Below are positions 39,583 to 50,219 of a DNA stretch of 64,000 bases, piece by piece. The notes under the pieces are model-generated. The model searched no databases and was not told where the DNA came from. It was given only the letters and a program-made list of their open reading frames with translations. Positions within the stretch are counted from its first letter, which is position 1; every line of letters starts with the position of its first letter. A program made the translations under genes and the position numbers. Source of the DNA: Gammaproteobacteria bacterium (GTDB lineage Bacteria > Pseudomonadota > Gammaproteobacteria > Steroidobacterales > JBCCMA01); the NCBI GenBank assembly GCA_045107005.1, contig JBGCFP010000032.1:15525-79524 (forward strand), given 5' to 3'.

Positions 39583-41841
39583 TCAGCTCAAGCGGATCGG
39601 CAGATCTCGAATCCGCCGGCCCGTCGCCGCAAACACGGCATTGCCGATCGCCGGCGCCACCGCGATCAACGGCGGCTCACCCAATCCGACTGGCGCTTCC
39701 ACGCTCGGCATAAAACTCAGATCCAGCTCCGGTACATCTGCCATCCTAAGCGGCGTGTAACTGTTGAGATTGCGATCTTTCACTTGTCCCTGCTCGAACG
39801 CTGTGCCTTCGTGCAGAGCCAGGCTAACGCCCCACAACGTCGCCCCTTCGGCCTGCGCCATCGCGCCGTCAGGGTGTACCACCGTCCCGCAATCAATGGT
39901 CTGCCAGATCTTGCGCACCTTCACGTCCTGACCATCGACAGCCACGTGCGCAATGCACGCTGTCCAGGTGGGCATGGTCCGTTCCTGCCCCGCAGCGATC
40001 GCCACGCCGAATCCTTCGCCCGGTGGCAAGTCTCGCCCCCAGCCCGCTCGCTGCGCCACATCCTCGAGCACCGCGGCCAATCGAGCCGCTCCACCGACCG
40101 ACTCCGGCGCCTTGCCAGCGTTTTTGCCTGCACCGTCCAGATGCGCCAAACGAAACGCAACGGGATCCGCCCCCGCCTTTTCCGCCAGCTCATCCATAAA
40201 CGACTCGACGCTCCAGCTAATCCAGCCCGGTCCGACCGCGCGCAAGTAACCGGGCAAAAACGTTTTCTGTGCCAACTCGTTGTTCACCGCACGTACGCGA
40301 TGCGCCGGCAATGTGTACCAGTGCTCGGCCCCGCTAATGGCAAACGGGTCAAACTTTCCACCGTCTACGCCGTCGCCTAAAAATGCCGGCACCATGCTAA
40401 GCGTTGGCCAGCCAGCCGCCGCTGCGTGATCCACGGCGGTCAGCGCCCCGTCTTGATCAAACGCGGCACTTAAGGTCGCCACTGACGGCGAACGAACGCA
40501 ATCAAACCGACTGTCCTCGTCGCGTTGGAACACCACTTTGACCGGTTTGCCCAGCGCTTTGGCGGCGAGCGCCGCCGGCACCATTGGATCGCCGTAGAGC
40601 CGTCGTCCGAACCCTCCACCCAGATAATATTGATGAATAATAATGTCCGTTTCTTCCATTCCCAACGCTTTGGACAGCACCGGCAAAATCAACGACTGCC
40701 ACTGATTGCCCGAATGGATGTGGCACTTGCCATCGACAAATTCGACCAGCGCGTTGGCAGGTTCGAGCGTAAAATGCAGTGCCGTGTGGGTTTGATACGT
40801 CGCACTTAGCGTGTCGGCCGCGGCCGATCGTGCCGCGTCCACGTCTCCGTCATCGACGACCAAAGTACCGTTACTTGCGTCCGCAATCGCCGCAACGCCT
40901 GCTTGCAACAGCGCCTCTTCATCAACCGCCGCCGTCGGCCCGGGTGTCCAGTTCACTTTGACAGCGCCAGCGGCTTTCATCGCCGCCCCAAACGTATCGG
41001 CAATGACCAGCGCCCAGCCCTGAAGCGTCTCGCTTGGGTCATCCAGCGTTAGCGTTTGCTGATAACCCGCAATCTCTTTCGCCGCGCTGTCATCAATACT
41101 ATCAATGCTGCTGCCGTAACGAGTGGGCGGCATCAGTGGGTGCGCGAACACCATGTTGGGCAGCTCAACGTCAAGACCGTATACGGCCTCACCCCGAGAC
41201 TTCTCGGGAATATCCTGTGCCTTAACCGGTTTGCCGATGAGTTGTCGCTCAGCCGCCGGTTTGATCGGCAGCGCCTCGAGCTCCTCGTCACTAAATGCTC
41301 GGCTGACGTCGCCGCGCCGCACGATGTCGCCAAAATCGATCCGCTGGTCACCCGATACCACCGCGCCGTCGACGGCCCGGCAGCTTTGCGGGTCGACACC
41401 CAGTAACGTGGCTGCCGCGTCGATCAGCACCTCTCTACCTGCCGCGCCTGCGCGCGACAACATGGCGAACGTGGTAAACACCGACCACGAGCCGCCCGTG
41501 ACCATGTAACCCCATTTCGGATCCGTGTCGACGTGCACCAGCGATATCTTGTCCCACGCGGCGCCCAGCTCCTCGGCAACAATGCGGGCCAGCGCAGTTC
41601 CGACGTGTTGACCCATTTCCGCCTTAGCGATGTTAACTTTTACATCGCCACTGGCGTTCATCTCAAACCATACGGCGGGCGCAAACACATTGCCGGGGTT
41701 GCCCTGATCAATGGCGGTGACGGCTTGCTCCTGACTGCATCCGGGCATCAATGTGCCAAGACCCATGACCAACCCTGTGCTGGCGGTGCCTGCCACAAAA
41801 GTGCGGCGTGTTATCGCCACGGGTTTTTTCACCACGCTCAC
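39583..41841 (-). CDS. iorB: Second IorB-type molybdopterin large subunit
   Basis: TRRTF Tat-like leader followed by PGC, EMGQ, TGGS, GGGFGRR, LRAVG, GLGEPP. Confidence 0.87.
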   Translation of the reverse strand: MSVVKKPVAITRRTFVAGTASTGLVMGLGTLMPGCSQEQAVTAIDQGNPGNVFAPAVWFEMNASGDVKVNIAKAEMGQHVGTALARIVAEELGAAWDKISLVHVDTDPKWGYMVTGGSWSVFTTFAMLSRAGAAGREVLIDAAATLLGVDPQSCRAVDGAVVSGDQRIDFGDIVRRGDVSRAFSDEELEALPIKPAAERQLIGKPVKAQDIPEKSRGEAVYGLDVELPNMVFAHPLMPPTRYGSSIDSIDDSAAKEIAGYQQTLTLDDPSETLQGWALVIADTFGAAMKAAGAVKVNWTPGPTAAVDEEALLQAGVAAIADASNGTLVVDDGDVDAARSAAADTLSATYQTHTALHFTLEPANALVEFVDGKCHIHSGNQWQSLILPVLSKALGMEETDIIIHQYYLGGGFGRRLYGDPMVPAALAAKALGKPVKVVFQRDEDSRFDCVRSPSVATLSAAFDQDGALTAVDHAAAAGWPTLSMVPAFLGDGVDGGKFDPFAISGAEHWYTLPAHRVRAVNNELAQKTFLPGYLRAVGPGWISWSVESFMDELAEKAGADPVAFRLAHLDGAGKNAGKAPESVGGAARLAAVLEDVAQRAGWGRDLPPGEGFGVAIAAGQERTMPTWTACIAHVAVDGQDVKVRKIWQTIDCGTVVHPDGAMAQAEGATLWGVSLALHEGTAFEQGQVKDRNLNSYTPLRMADVPELDLSFMPSVEAPVGLGEPPLIAVAPAIGNAVFAATGRRIRDLPIRLS

Positions 41842-42302
41842 GAGTCACCTCCCGTACGATCCGCTGCCGACTTGATGGCTCGGCGAATTCGCGTGTAGGC
41901 CATGCAGCGACACAGGTTGCCGTTCATGGCCGCGTTGATATCCTCATCACTGGGATTGGCGTTTCCGCCAAGCAAATCCGCCGCCTGCATGATCTGCCCG
42001 GACTGACAGTAGCCGCACTGCGGGACCTGTTCGTCGACCCACGCTTCCTGCAAAGCCTTGCCGGCTTCGCTCGCCAGCCCTTCGATTGTCGTGATGTTTT
42101 TGTCGGCAACGGCGATCAGTGGCGTGACGCACGAACGTTTGGCTTCGCCGTCGATGTGCACGGTACAGGCGCCACACTGCGCAATTCCGCAGCCAAACTT
42201 TGTGCCTTTGAGTCCCATCTCGTCGCGCACGATCCACAGTAGCGGCGTATCGTCGGGGCTGTCGGACGTGACCGACTTACCATTGAGGTTGAATTTGGTC
42301 AT
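41838..42302 (-). CDS. iorA: Second IorA-type [2Fe-2S] subunit
   Basis: [23 protein letters not shown]; GTGA overlap. Confidence 0.9.
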   Translation of the reverse strand: MTKFNLNGKSVTSDSPDDTPLLWIVRDEMGLKGTKFGCGIAQCGACTVHIDGEAKRSCVTPLIAVADKNITTIEGLASEAGKALQEAWVDEQVPQCGYCQSGQIMQAADLLGGNANPSDEDINAAMNGNLCRCMAYTRIRRAIKSAADRTGGDS

Positions 42303-42385
42303 CCGTGCTCTCCTGCGGCGTCATTGAATTGACCATAATATACCGTCTGGCCGGACCACCGCACAAAATCCTGTATCGTCGGCGC

Positions 42386-43495
42386 ATGAACGAGCTACCA
42401 CAAATCCTGCCGCTCGATGGTGTTGGTGATGAAGCGGCATGGCAGTGGTTTGCACGGCAGATCGAAGCCCAATCGGCCGATCTGGGCGCACCAACGGCAT
42501 TCGCTCACATGGATCCGCCGACACCCGATCTGGCGTCGCGTCTGGTAGGCCTGAACGCGCGCTACAACCAGAATCTGCTGCACCCTGACTTGAGCCCGTT
42601 TGCCAGCCGTGCCGAAGCGCGCGTCATCGACTGGTTGGCGCCTGCGTTCGGGATGCAGGGCGGACACATGTGCTCGGGCTCGACGCTCGCCAACCTCACC
42701 GCTCTGTGGTGCGCGCGCGAGTCGGGCGCCAAACGCGTCATTAGCTCGATCGATGCGCATATCTCGATCGCCAAGAGCGCGCATCTTCTGGGCTTACCCT
42801 ACGAGCCTATGCCGGTGACCAAGCACGGCAGGTTGGATCGACAACACCTTGGCGTCACTGACGACGCCGTTGTCGTACTCAACGCCGGGACGACGGGCCG
42901 TGGCGTTATCGATGAGCTGGCGCTGGTGGACTGCGCGTGGACCCACGTGGATGCAGCCTGGGCCGGGCCGCTGCGCTTCACGCGGTACGCGCAACGACTG
43001 GACGGCATCGAAGCGTGTGACAGCGTCGCGATCTCTGCGCACAAATGGTTGTACCAGCCCAAAGATTCGGCGCTGATTCTGTTTGCGGATACGGCCGCTC
43101 AGGAACACGTCACTTTTGGCAGCAGTTATCTCGCAACCGCTAACGTCGGAGTACAGGGTTCGCGCAGCGCTGCCGGCGTTGCGCTACTGGCGACATTGCT
43201 CGCCTGGGGTCAACACGGGCTCGCCTCTCGCATCGAGAAAAACATGGACGATGCGCAGGCGCTCGCGACGCGACTCGCCAATGACGCGCGCGTTGAACTC
43301 AAGCAGGTGCCTGAAACCGGCGTTGTGAACTGGCGACCTATCCATTCGAGCACTGAGACGATGGTCGCGTGTTTAGGCGACTCGGCGTCCAGCGTAGAGA
43401 TTGACGGGGCGTGCTGGTTGCGTCATGTCGCCGCTAACCTGCACGTCGATATCGATCAGCTCTGGGCCCGGATCAGTCGCGCGCTCGACGCGTGA
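42386..43495 (+). CDS. Group II PLP-dependent decarboxylase family protein
   Basis: GSTLANLTAL, AHISI, AGTT, HVDAAWAG, SAHKW; ATG 42386 (track 42305). Confidence 0.85.
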   Translation: MNELPQILPLDGVGDEAAWQWFARQIEAQSADLGAPTAFAHMDPPTPDLASRLVGLNARYNQNLLHPDLSPFASRAEARVIDWLAPAFGMQGGHMCSGSTLANLTALWCARESGAKRVISSIDAHISIAKSAHLLGLPYEPMPVTKHGRLDRQHLGVTDDAVVVLNAGTTGRGVIDELALVDCAWTHVDAAWAGPLRFTRYAQRLDGIEACDSVAISAHKWLYQPKDSALILFADTAAQEHVTFGSSYLATANVGVQGSRSAAGVALLATLLAWGQHGLASRIEKNMDDAQALATRLANDARVELKQVPETGVVNWRPIHSSTETMVACLGDSASSVEIDGACWLRHVAANLHVDIDQLWARISRALDA

Positions 43496-43654
43496 CGCGC
43501 ATTGGTACGACATAACCTAACCGAATTCTACGCGTGCGCCGATTTGCCGGCGCGCGACAGAAAAATCATCAAAGGCTAACAACTAACGATTTGCCTGGCG
43601 CACGGTGGCCGTTAAACTGAAAGCCCTCAGAACAACAAGCCTGGATTCAGTCCA

Positions 43655-45625
43655 ATGCTATTGATAAAAAGACGCTCGTCCCACGTCACCCATCGCTCGA
43701 CCCTCGTCGGTTTGGTTTTACTCGTCGTGGCCTGCACCCAAATGCCGGCTTACGCCTTGTCGCCGTCTGACTACGGCGAGCTGGCAAAATTACGCTCGGT
43801 CTCCATTTCGCCCAACGGCAAGTTGCTCGCGTTCATCCAATCCACGCCCGAAGGTGACACCTTTGTCATTCGCGACATCGCCGCCAAAAAGGTCATCGGT
43901 GGAGCGCGGGCCGGCAAGGTCAAGGCACGCAGCATACATTTTGCGACCGACGATCACGTCATCATCAAAGGCTCGAAAACCGTGAGCTCGGTGCGTGTCC
44001 GGGGCAAGTGGGAAAACAGCACGGCGCTGGTTTACAACCTGAAAAACGACAAGCTCCACACCATGCTGCGCAGCACCGAGGATCTCTACCCGGCGCAGGG
44101 CGGTCTGGGTCGCATCATTGGCTACAATTTCAAAAAGAAAGTCGCCCTGATGCCGGCCTACATCGGTGCCGGTCCCTCGCCCAGCTACAATCTTATGCAG
44201 GTCAAACTCGACACCGGTCGCGGCAAGCGATTCGAGCGAGGTAACCCGGACACGATCGACTGGTTCGTCGATCAGAATGGCACGGTGGTGGCGCGCGAAG
44301 ATTTCGATAATCGGGCGAATGAGCATCGCGTGTATTCGAAGCTGTCGGGCAAATGGAAGAAAGTCTTCGAGCGCGAATCGGATCGCCCGACCATCAACAT
44401 CCAGGCGGTAACGCCCGATGGCAAAAGTTTGGTGTACAGCGCTTTCAATGAAGACAATCTGGCGCTGTACCACCTGTCGTTGGAAGACGGCTCGCGCAGC
44501 GGCCCGTTTCACGAGCAGCCCGACAGAGACATTGATCGGGTTCTGAAATCGGACGAGAACCGCACTTTTGGCGGCCTTCTGTACAGTGGCTTGCTGCCGG
44601 AGTACGTCTACAGCGATGACGCTTCCAACACGTTGATCGCTCAGATTGTCGGTCTGTTCCCGAACAGCGGCGTGCATCTGCTTTCGACCACCGAAGATCT
44701 CAGCAAAGCGATTGTGTTCGTGTCCGGTCCCGAAGCCGCCGACACGTATTTCTTGTTCGACGCAAGCGATCTTACGCTCGCGACGCTCGGCTCGGGTTAT
44801 CCAAACGTGGCGGTGGAACAGATCGCCGATGTCAAAGTTGTGCGCTATCGCGCGCGTGATGATCTGCCTATTCTTGCGGTGCTTACCTGGCCGGTCGGCG
44901 TCGCCAAGGAGGCACGCAAAGATCTGCCTCTGCTGGTGTTCCCGCACGGTGGCCCGGAAAGCTACGACAGTGTCCAGTTTGACTGGTGGGCCCAGTATTT
45001 TGCACGCCAGGGCTACATGGTGATGCAGCCAAACTTTCGCGGTTCGACCGGGTTTGGTTTGTCGTTTCGCGACGCCGGCCGCGGCAAATGGGGCAAGGAA
45101 ATGCAGGACGACATCACCGATGGCGTCAAGGCCATGGTCAAAGCGGGTTACGCAGACGCGGACCGCGTGTGCATCATGGGTGCCAGCTACGGTGGTTACG
45201 CTGCGCTTGCCGGTGGCGCGTTTACCCCCGATATGTATCGCTGTGTCGTGTCGGTCGCGGGTGTTAGCGATCTTCCGAAAATGCTGACGACAGAGAAGTC
45301 CCAGTACGGGAGTCGTCATTGGGTGGTGAGTTACTGGGAAGAGCTGCTGGGCGATTCGCGCGAAGCACGCGAAGCGCTCAAAGCCGTTTCCCCGGCCAAC
45401 TTCGCGGATGCGTTTACCGCGCCCGTGTTGCTCGTGCACGGTCGCGACGACACGGTCGTGCCGTTGGCGCAAAGCAAACGCATGGAGCGCGCGCTGCGCA
45501 AAGCCGATAAATCGGTAGAGCTGGTGACGCTCAACGGCGAAGATCACTGGCTGTCGACCAGCGCCACGCGTCTGGAATTGCTGAAACAAATTGACGCTTT
45601 CCTGAAAGTTAATAATCCGCTGTGA
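43655..45625 (+). CDS. Exported S9-family peptidase
   Basis: Signal peptide, PHGGP, NFRGSTG, GASYGG, HGRDD, EDH triad. Confidence 0.92.
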   Translation: MLLIKRRSSHVTHRSTLVGLVLLVVACTQMPAYALSPSDYGELAKLRSVSISPNGKLLAFIQSTPEGDTFVIRDIAAKKVIGGARAGKVKARSIHFATDDHVIIKGSKTVSSVRVRGKWENSTALVYNLKNDKLHTMLRSTEDLYPAQGGLGRIIGYNFKKKVALMPAYIGAGPSPSYNLMQVKLDTGRGKRFERGNPDTIDWFVDQNGTVVAREDFDNRANEHRVYSKLSGKWKKVFERESDRPTINIQAVTPDGKSLVYSAFNEDNLALYHLSLEDGSRSGPFHEQPDRDIDRVLKSDENRTFGGLLYSGLLPEYVYSDDASNTLIAQIVGLFPNSGVHLLSTTEDLSKAIVFVSGPEAADTYFLFDASDLTLATLGSGYPNVAVEQIADVKVVRYRARDDLPILAVLTWPVGVAKEARKDLPLLVFPHGGPESYDSVQFDWWAQYFARQGYMVMQPNFRGSTGFGLSFRDAGRGKWGKEMQDDITDGVKAMVKAGYADADRVCIMGASYGGYAALAGGAFTPDMYRCVVSVAGVSDLPKMLTTEKSQYGSRHWVVSYWEELLGDSREAREALKAVSPANFADAFTAPVLLVHGRDDTVVPLAQSKRMERALRKADKSVELVTLNGEDHWLSTSATRLELLKQIDAFLKVNNPL

Positions 45626-45647
45626 GTGAGCGGCAGGTACCGGGCAG

Positions 45648-46337
45648 TTGGAGCTAAACGCCGATTTTTCCCAGCGTGTCGTCGTGCACGCGGCGCAGTT
45701 GCCCTGGCAATCATCACCCATGGCGGGCGTGATGCGTCGCATGCTCGATCGCGTGGGCGATGAAGTCGCGCGCGCTACCAGTGTCGTGCGCTACGCACCG
45801 GGCAGCCGATTTTCGCCGCACGTACACACCGGTGGCGAAGAATTTTTCGTGCTCGACGGCGTGTTTCAGGACGAGCACGGCGACTACCCCGCAGGCACCT
45901 ACGTACGCAACCCGCCGCAATCGAGTCACACCCCTGGCGCTGCCGACGGTTGCGTTATCTTCGTGAAGCTCTGGCAGTTTGATTCGGCCGATCGCACTAC
46001 TGTGGTGAAAGCCATGGACCCTGCGCAGGCGGTGGCAAAAGCGTCGCGACCTGGCGTCAGCGTGTTGCCACTGCATCACGATTCACGCGAAGAGGTGCGC
46101 ATGGAAGTCTGGGGTGCCAACGCGCAGGTGGCATGGCACGCGGAAGGTGGCGCCGAACTGTTTGTGCTTGACGGCGAGTGCCGCGAAGGGAACGACACGC
46201 TTTCACGCCACTCATGGCTGCGCGTTCCGCCAGGAGGTGAGCTGCGTGCCACGGCCGGGTCGTCGGGTGCGCGTGTCTGGACAAAAATCGGCGGTTTGCG
46301 CAACGTCGACGTACCGCCGCAGCCCACGACACCTTAG
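45648..46337 (+). CDS. ChrR-like double cupin
   Basis: ARATSVVRY, HVHTGGEE, YVRNP, FVKLWQF. Confidence 0.87.
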   Translation: MELNADFSQRVVVHAAQLPWQSSPMAGVMRRMLDRVGDEVARATSVVRYAPGSRFSPHVHTGGEEFFVLDGVFQDEHGDYPAGTYVRNPPQSSHTPGAADGCVIFVKLWQFDSADRTTVVKAMDPAQAVAKASRPGVSVLPLHHDSREEVRMEVWGANAQVAWHAEGGAELFVLDGECREGNDTLSRHSWLRVPPGGELRATAGSSGARVWTKIGGLRNVDVPPQPTTP

Positions 46338-46459
46338 TCCAAACTGGTTTTGCGCTGGTCGGGCGGCGGTTGATGCCAGCGCACGGTACGCTCGCGATGT
46401 TCGCAAGCTCTAATCCTGATAGCCTGTCTTTAGACACTGCGATACAGGAGCGCCAGAGC

Positions 46460-47317
46460 GTGATTGAGCTCGTATTGAGACCAAAAATTCGGGATCTGGG
46501 CGAGTTTGAGGTGCGACGCGTCTTGCCGGACCGAGCACGGCGGACGGTTGGTCCGTTCGTCTTCTTTGATCACATGGGTCCGGCGCAATTTCCGCCCGGT
46601 TCAGGTATCGCAGTACGGCCACACCCGCACATTGGCCTGGCGACCATTACCTATTTGTTCGACGGCCAGATTCTGCATCGTGACAGTTTGGGCGAGGTGC
46701 AGACGATCTACCCGGGCGCCGTGAATCTGATGACAGCCGGGCGAGGCATCGTGCACTCGGAACGGGCTGGCGATGATCTTGATGAGGTCTCGACACTGCA
46801 CGGCATTCAGTCATGGATGGCGTTGCCCGACCAGGCGCAGGAAATCGCCCCGTCGTTTGATCACTATCCCGCTGGCATGCTGCCGCAACTGCAAATCGAT
46901 GAAGCGGTGGTACGCGTCATCATGGGCACCGCATTTGGTCAGACCTCGCCCGTGACACAATACAGCGCGACGCTCTATCTCGAATGCCAGTTGCCCGCCG
47001 GCAATACGCTTGATCTGCCAATCGACTATGCCGAGTTAGCGGTTTATGTGGTCAGCGGTGAAATCAAAATCGCGAATGAAACCTATGGCGAAGGTGCCAT
47101 GGCCGTGGCCAGCGAGCGGGCACACATCACGCTATCGGCAACCCGCGACGCGCGGGTCATGGTGATTGGTGGTGATAACCCGGGTCCGCGGCATCTGTGG
47201 TGGAATTTTGTCTCCAATTCCAAAGCGCGTATCGAGCAGGCAAAAGCGGATTGGCGCAACGGCGATTTCGATATGGTCCCGGGCGACGACGAGTTTATTC
47301 CGCTCCCGGAGGGCTAA
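46460..47317 (+). CDS. Pirin-family protein
   Basis: GPFVFFDH, HPHIG, HRDSLG, MTAGRGIVHSE, WWNFVS; caggag RBS before GTG 46460. Confidence 0.92.
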   Translation: MIELVLRPKIRDLGEFEVRRVLPDRARRTVGPFVFFDHMGPAQFPPGSGIAVRPHPHIGLATITYLFDGQILHRDSLGEVQTIYPGAVNLMTAGRGIVHSERAGDDLDEVSTLHGIQSWMALPDQAQEIAPSFDHYPAGMLPQLQIDEAVVRVIMGTAFGQTSPVTQYSATLYLECQLPAGNTLDLPIDYAELAVYVVSGEIKIANETYGEGAMAVASERAHITLSATRDARVMVIGGDNPGPRHLWWNFVSNSKARIEQAKADWRNGDFDMVPGDDEFIPLPEG

Positions 47318-47346
47318 AAAAACGGGTCGCAAGCGACCCGTTTCTT
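47316..47346. terminator. Bidirectional terminator between pirin and the TonB receptor
   Basis: aaacgggtcgc-aa-gcgacccgttt hairpin flanked by A- and T-rich runs. Confidence 0.85.
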
Positions 47347-47372
47347 CGTTAGCTCAGGTTGACGACTCGCTG

Positions 47373-49625
47373 TCAGAACGTCTTGTTAAACGTCAGCGAC
47401 CACGTCATGGGATCCTGTACGTACAAGAAACCCGCCAGCAGCGCTACCACCTGATCCCGGTCCGTGCAGTTTTTGCACGATGCCGTCAGTGACCAGTTTT
47501 GCGCTGTGTTCGTCAACGCCACGCCGGCGTTCAAGACCGTGTACGGGTCGATGAGCGCAATATCCTGACCGGCCGTGCTGACGTTGTGATCACCGTAACG
47601 TACTGCTGTGGCACGTGGCGTAATGATGGTGTCCGAACCAATGTCGAAATCAAACCAGCCGCCGACCGAGATCTGGGTGTCGGGTGCACGCGTCGGGTCA
47701 GCAATGTCTCCGTTAGTATCGACGATACTCTGCGCGCAGCTCGTGCCCAGGGTTCGGCATTCGGTTTGCTGGGCGACAATGCTTGGATCCAGATTGGTGT
47801 ATTCACTGTCGAGAAATCCAATGTTGGCGAACACCGTCAAGTTGTCTGTCGGTAGCGCGAGAATTTCAAACTCGGCTCCGGCGACTTCCAGATCGGCGGA
47901 GTTTTGCGTGATAAACGTAATCGAACCGTTGTCCGGGTCAGTGAACGCTGAGGGCAGCTGAAAATCCGAGACGTCGGTGAAAAACACGTTGGCGTTGAAG
48001 CGCAAGCTGTTGTCCAGAAATTCACTGCGCAAACCGCCCTCGTAGTTCCAGACTCTCTCGGCCGAGAAGGGCTGCAGCGTGGAGGTGACAGTGCCGCGCG
48101 CGTTCCAGCCGCCGGACTTGAAGCCGCGGGTGGCGGAGGCGTAAGCCATGATGTCGTCGGTAAACTGATACTCAAACGCGATGCGCGGCGTCAGAATTGA
48201 TTCCGTCTGCACCAGTGGGATGCCCGCCGCAACGAGGTCTGCGCTGTTGATGACGGCGCCTGCGGCGGGGTTGCCGTTATCGCGCAAGCCGATGTCCTTT
48301 TCCTCGTCGGTGTAGCGCAAGCCCAGCGTCAGGGTTGCCTGTTCGTTGAAGTGCCAGTCAGCCTGCGCGTACAGCGCCCACGAATCTACGGTGTTGTCGA
48401 GAATCCGATCGTATTGAATCAGCGGCAGACCGACCGGTGGTGGTGCCAGCCCGATGGCGCCCAGGTTGAAGATCTGAGCCAGATCGGTTTCGTTGTCTTC
48501 GGTGAAGTAGAACACGCCCGCGACGTAATCGAGCTGGTCGTCGAACAGGGTGCCCGTCAGCTTGGCTTCCAAAGAGAACTGATCGTGCTCCCCGGCGTTG
48601 GCGATGGTAAATCCGCCAGAGTTAAACGCGCCGTCGAAAAAATCGAGCAGGAAATCCTGATCCAGTGCGAGGTAGCTCGCCATGACGGTGAGCTCTGCGT
48701 TGTTCAGGTCGAACGTCAGGTCGGTGGTCAGGTGCGCAGAGTCCGTTTCATTACCCAGTGGAAAGCTCTGCTTATCACCAACGATCTGCCCCGAAAGCGG
48801 GCTGCCTTCCTGCACCAGGCCGGTATTCGAAATACGACCGTTCCCTTCGATCGAGTTGAAGATGTTGGCGTGGTCGGAGCGCACAACCGTGGCCGAGCCG
48901 TCCCAGGTGACGGTTGGCGAAATGTCCCACTGCACGTGTGCGCGGACACCGAAGTTGTCTTCCCGGTTCAGGTCATTTTCGCCTGTCGTTGGGTTGTCGA
49001 CGAACCCGTTGTCTTCCACGTAGTAGGCGGAGACTTTGGTGCGGAACGTGTCAGCAATCGGATAGTCGATGCTGCCGCGAATCTGGGTGCGGCCAAAACG
49101 CCCCGCGCCGACTTCCAGATAGCCGCCGAATTCCGGTGCCGGATCGTTCAGGATCATGCGGACGGCCCCACCGGTTGTGTTACGGCCAAACAAGGTGCCT
49201 TGTGGTCCCCGCAGCACTTCGACACGGTTGATGTCGAACAGGGCGTAGTTGTTCGCGTTCTGGCGCTGGATGAAATAGTCGCCGACGTAAGTGCCAACGG
49301 GCGGATCAAACGTCGCGATACTCTCGGTGTTGTTCAGTCCGCGAATGGCGTAAGTATTCGCCGTGCCCAAGCCGGTGTTGTTGTGCGCGACGAAGTTCGG
49401 CACGATCTTGGCGATGTCGAGTGCTTCGGTGACGCCGGCTTTTTGCAGCGTGTCGGCGGAGAACGCCGAAACCGCGACCGGAATGTTCTGCACGCCTTCT
49501 TCGCGTCGCTGAGCTGTCACCACGACTTCTTCAAGCTGCTGTGCAAGCACCTCGGGAACCGCGGCCAACACACCTAATGTGACGATGCCCAAGACGACCT
49601 GTGTCGATTTGGCACTACTTCCCAT
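47373..49625 (-). CDS. TonB-dependent receptor
   Basis: Signal peptide, LEEVVVTAQRRE TonB box, VEVLRGPQGTLFGRN, GFKSGG, C-terminal F. Confidence 0.94.
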   Translation of the reverse strand: MGSSAKSTQVVLGIVTLGVLAAVPEVLAQQLEEVVVTAQRREEGVQNIPVAVSAFSADTLQKAGVTEALDIAKIVPNFVAHNNTGLGTANTYAIRGLNNTESIATFDPPVGTYVGDYFIQRQNANNYALFDINRVEVLRGPQGTLFGRNTTGGAVRMILNDPAPEFGGYLEVGAGRFGRTQIRGSIDYPIADTFRTKVSAYYVEDNGFVDNPTTGENDLNREDNFGVRAHVQWDISPTVTWDGSATVVRSDHANIFNSIEGNGRISNTGLVQEGSPLSGQIVGDKQSFPLGNETDSAHLTTDLTFDLNNAELTVMASYLALDQDFLLDFFDGAFNSGGFTIANAGEHDQFSLEAKLTGTLFDDQLDYVAGVFYFTEDNETDLAQIFNLGAIGLAPPPVGLPLIQYDRILDNTVDSWALYAQADWHFNEQATLTLGLRYTDEEKDIGLRDNGNPAAGAVINSADLVAAGIPLVQTESILTPRIAFEYQFTDDIMAYASATRGFKSGGWNARGTVTSTLQPFSAERVWNYEGGLRSEFLDNSLRFNANVFFTDVSDFQLPSAFTDPDNGSITFITQNSADLEVAGAEFEILALPTDNLTVFANIGFLDSEYTNLDPSIVAQQTECRTLGTSCAQSIVDTNGDIADPTRAPDTQISVGGWFDFDIGSDTIITPRATAVRYGDHNVSTAGQDIALIDPYTVLNAGVALTNTAQNWSLTASCKNCTDRDQVVALLAGFLYVQDPMTWSLTFNKTF

Positions 49626-49661
49626 GGCAGCTCCTCTGGCCTTTTACGGCGGCAATCGAAA

Positions 49662-49683
49662 AATGTTATAAGAACATAACATT
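49662..49683. promoter_or_regulatory. Palindromic operator AATGTTAT-N6-ATAACATT, copy 1
   Basis: aatgttat aagaac ataacatt between divergent receptor and NTF2 genes; same arms at 55586. Confidence 0.8.
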
Positions 49684-49733
49684 AGGCTAATTGATCTGTA
49701 AACTGACTCTATGGTGAGATTCTGAACAAACTG

Positions 49734-50216
49734 ATGTCCTGTGTGCCGCGTTACTTACTGGCGCTGGCGCTGTTCGCTTTGGGCACTTTGCCCGTTCAGG
49801 CGGACGAACAAACGCGAGCCGTTTTCCAAGAAATTGGCGGGCGCTGGATCGACCGATACCTGGCGGAAGACCTGGACGGTCTAATGGATTTGTACACCGA
49901 AGACGCCATGGTCATGCTGCACGGCAAGCCGATGATGCGTGGCAAACCCGCCATTCGTGCTTTTTTCGCCGACAGTCTGGGTAAGGCCAGTGTGACGTTC
50001 GAGATTGACGTCGAGCGCGCCGAAATTCACGGCGCCATGGCCTATCTGATCAGCAAGTACTGGATGTCGATTCGGCCCCATGGTAGCGATAACACCGTCA
50101 CCGATGTTGGACGCTCGCTGTTGATTTACAAGAAAGGGTCAGACGGCGAATGGAGAATTCACGCCGACATCGATCAGGCGACTCCCGATGTCACGTGGCC
50201 GCCACCGGAGTCTTGA
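49734..50216 (+). CDS. Exported NTF2/SnoaL-like (DUF4440-type) protein
   Basis: Signal peptide; DLYTEDA...RGKPAIRAFF...YKKGSDGEWRI. Confidence 0.8.
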   Translation: MSCVPRYLLALALFALGTLPVQADEQTRAVFQEIGGRWIDRYLAEDLDGLMDLYTEDAMVMLHGKPMMRGKPAIRAFFADSLGKASVTFEIDVERAEIHGAMAYLISKYWMSIRPHGSDNTVTDVGRSLLIYKKGSDGEWRIHADIDQATPDVTWPPPES

Positions 50217-50219
50217 GTT

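Noticed and set aside
43790-45742. 650-aa antisense ORF, and similar long ones at 9479-10795, 12319-13710, 38194-39291 and 48351-49577
   Set aside because: Shadow frames of well-supported genes; expected with GC-rich codon usage; no motifs
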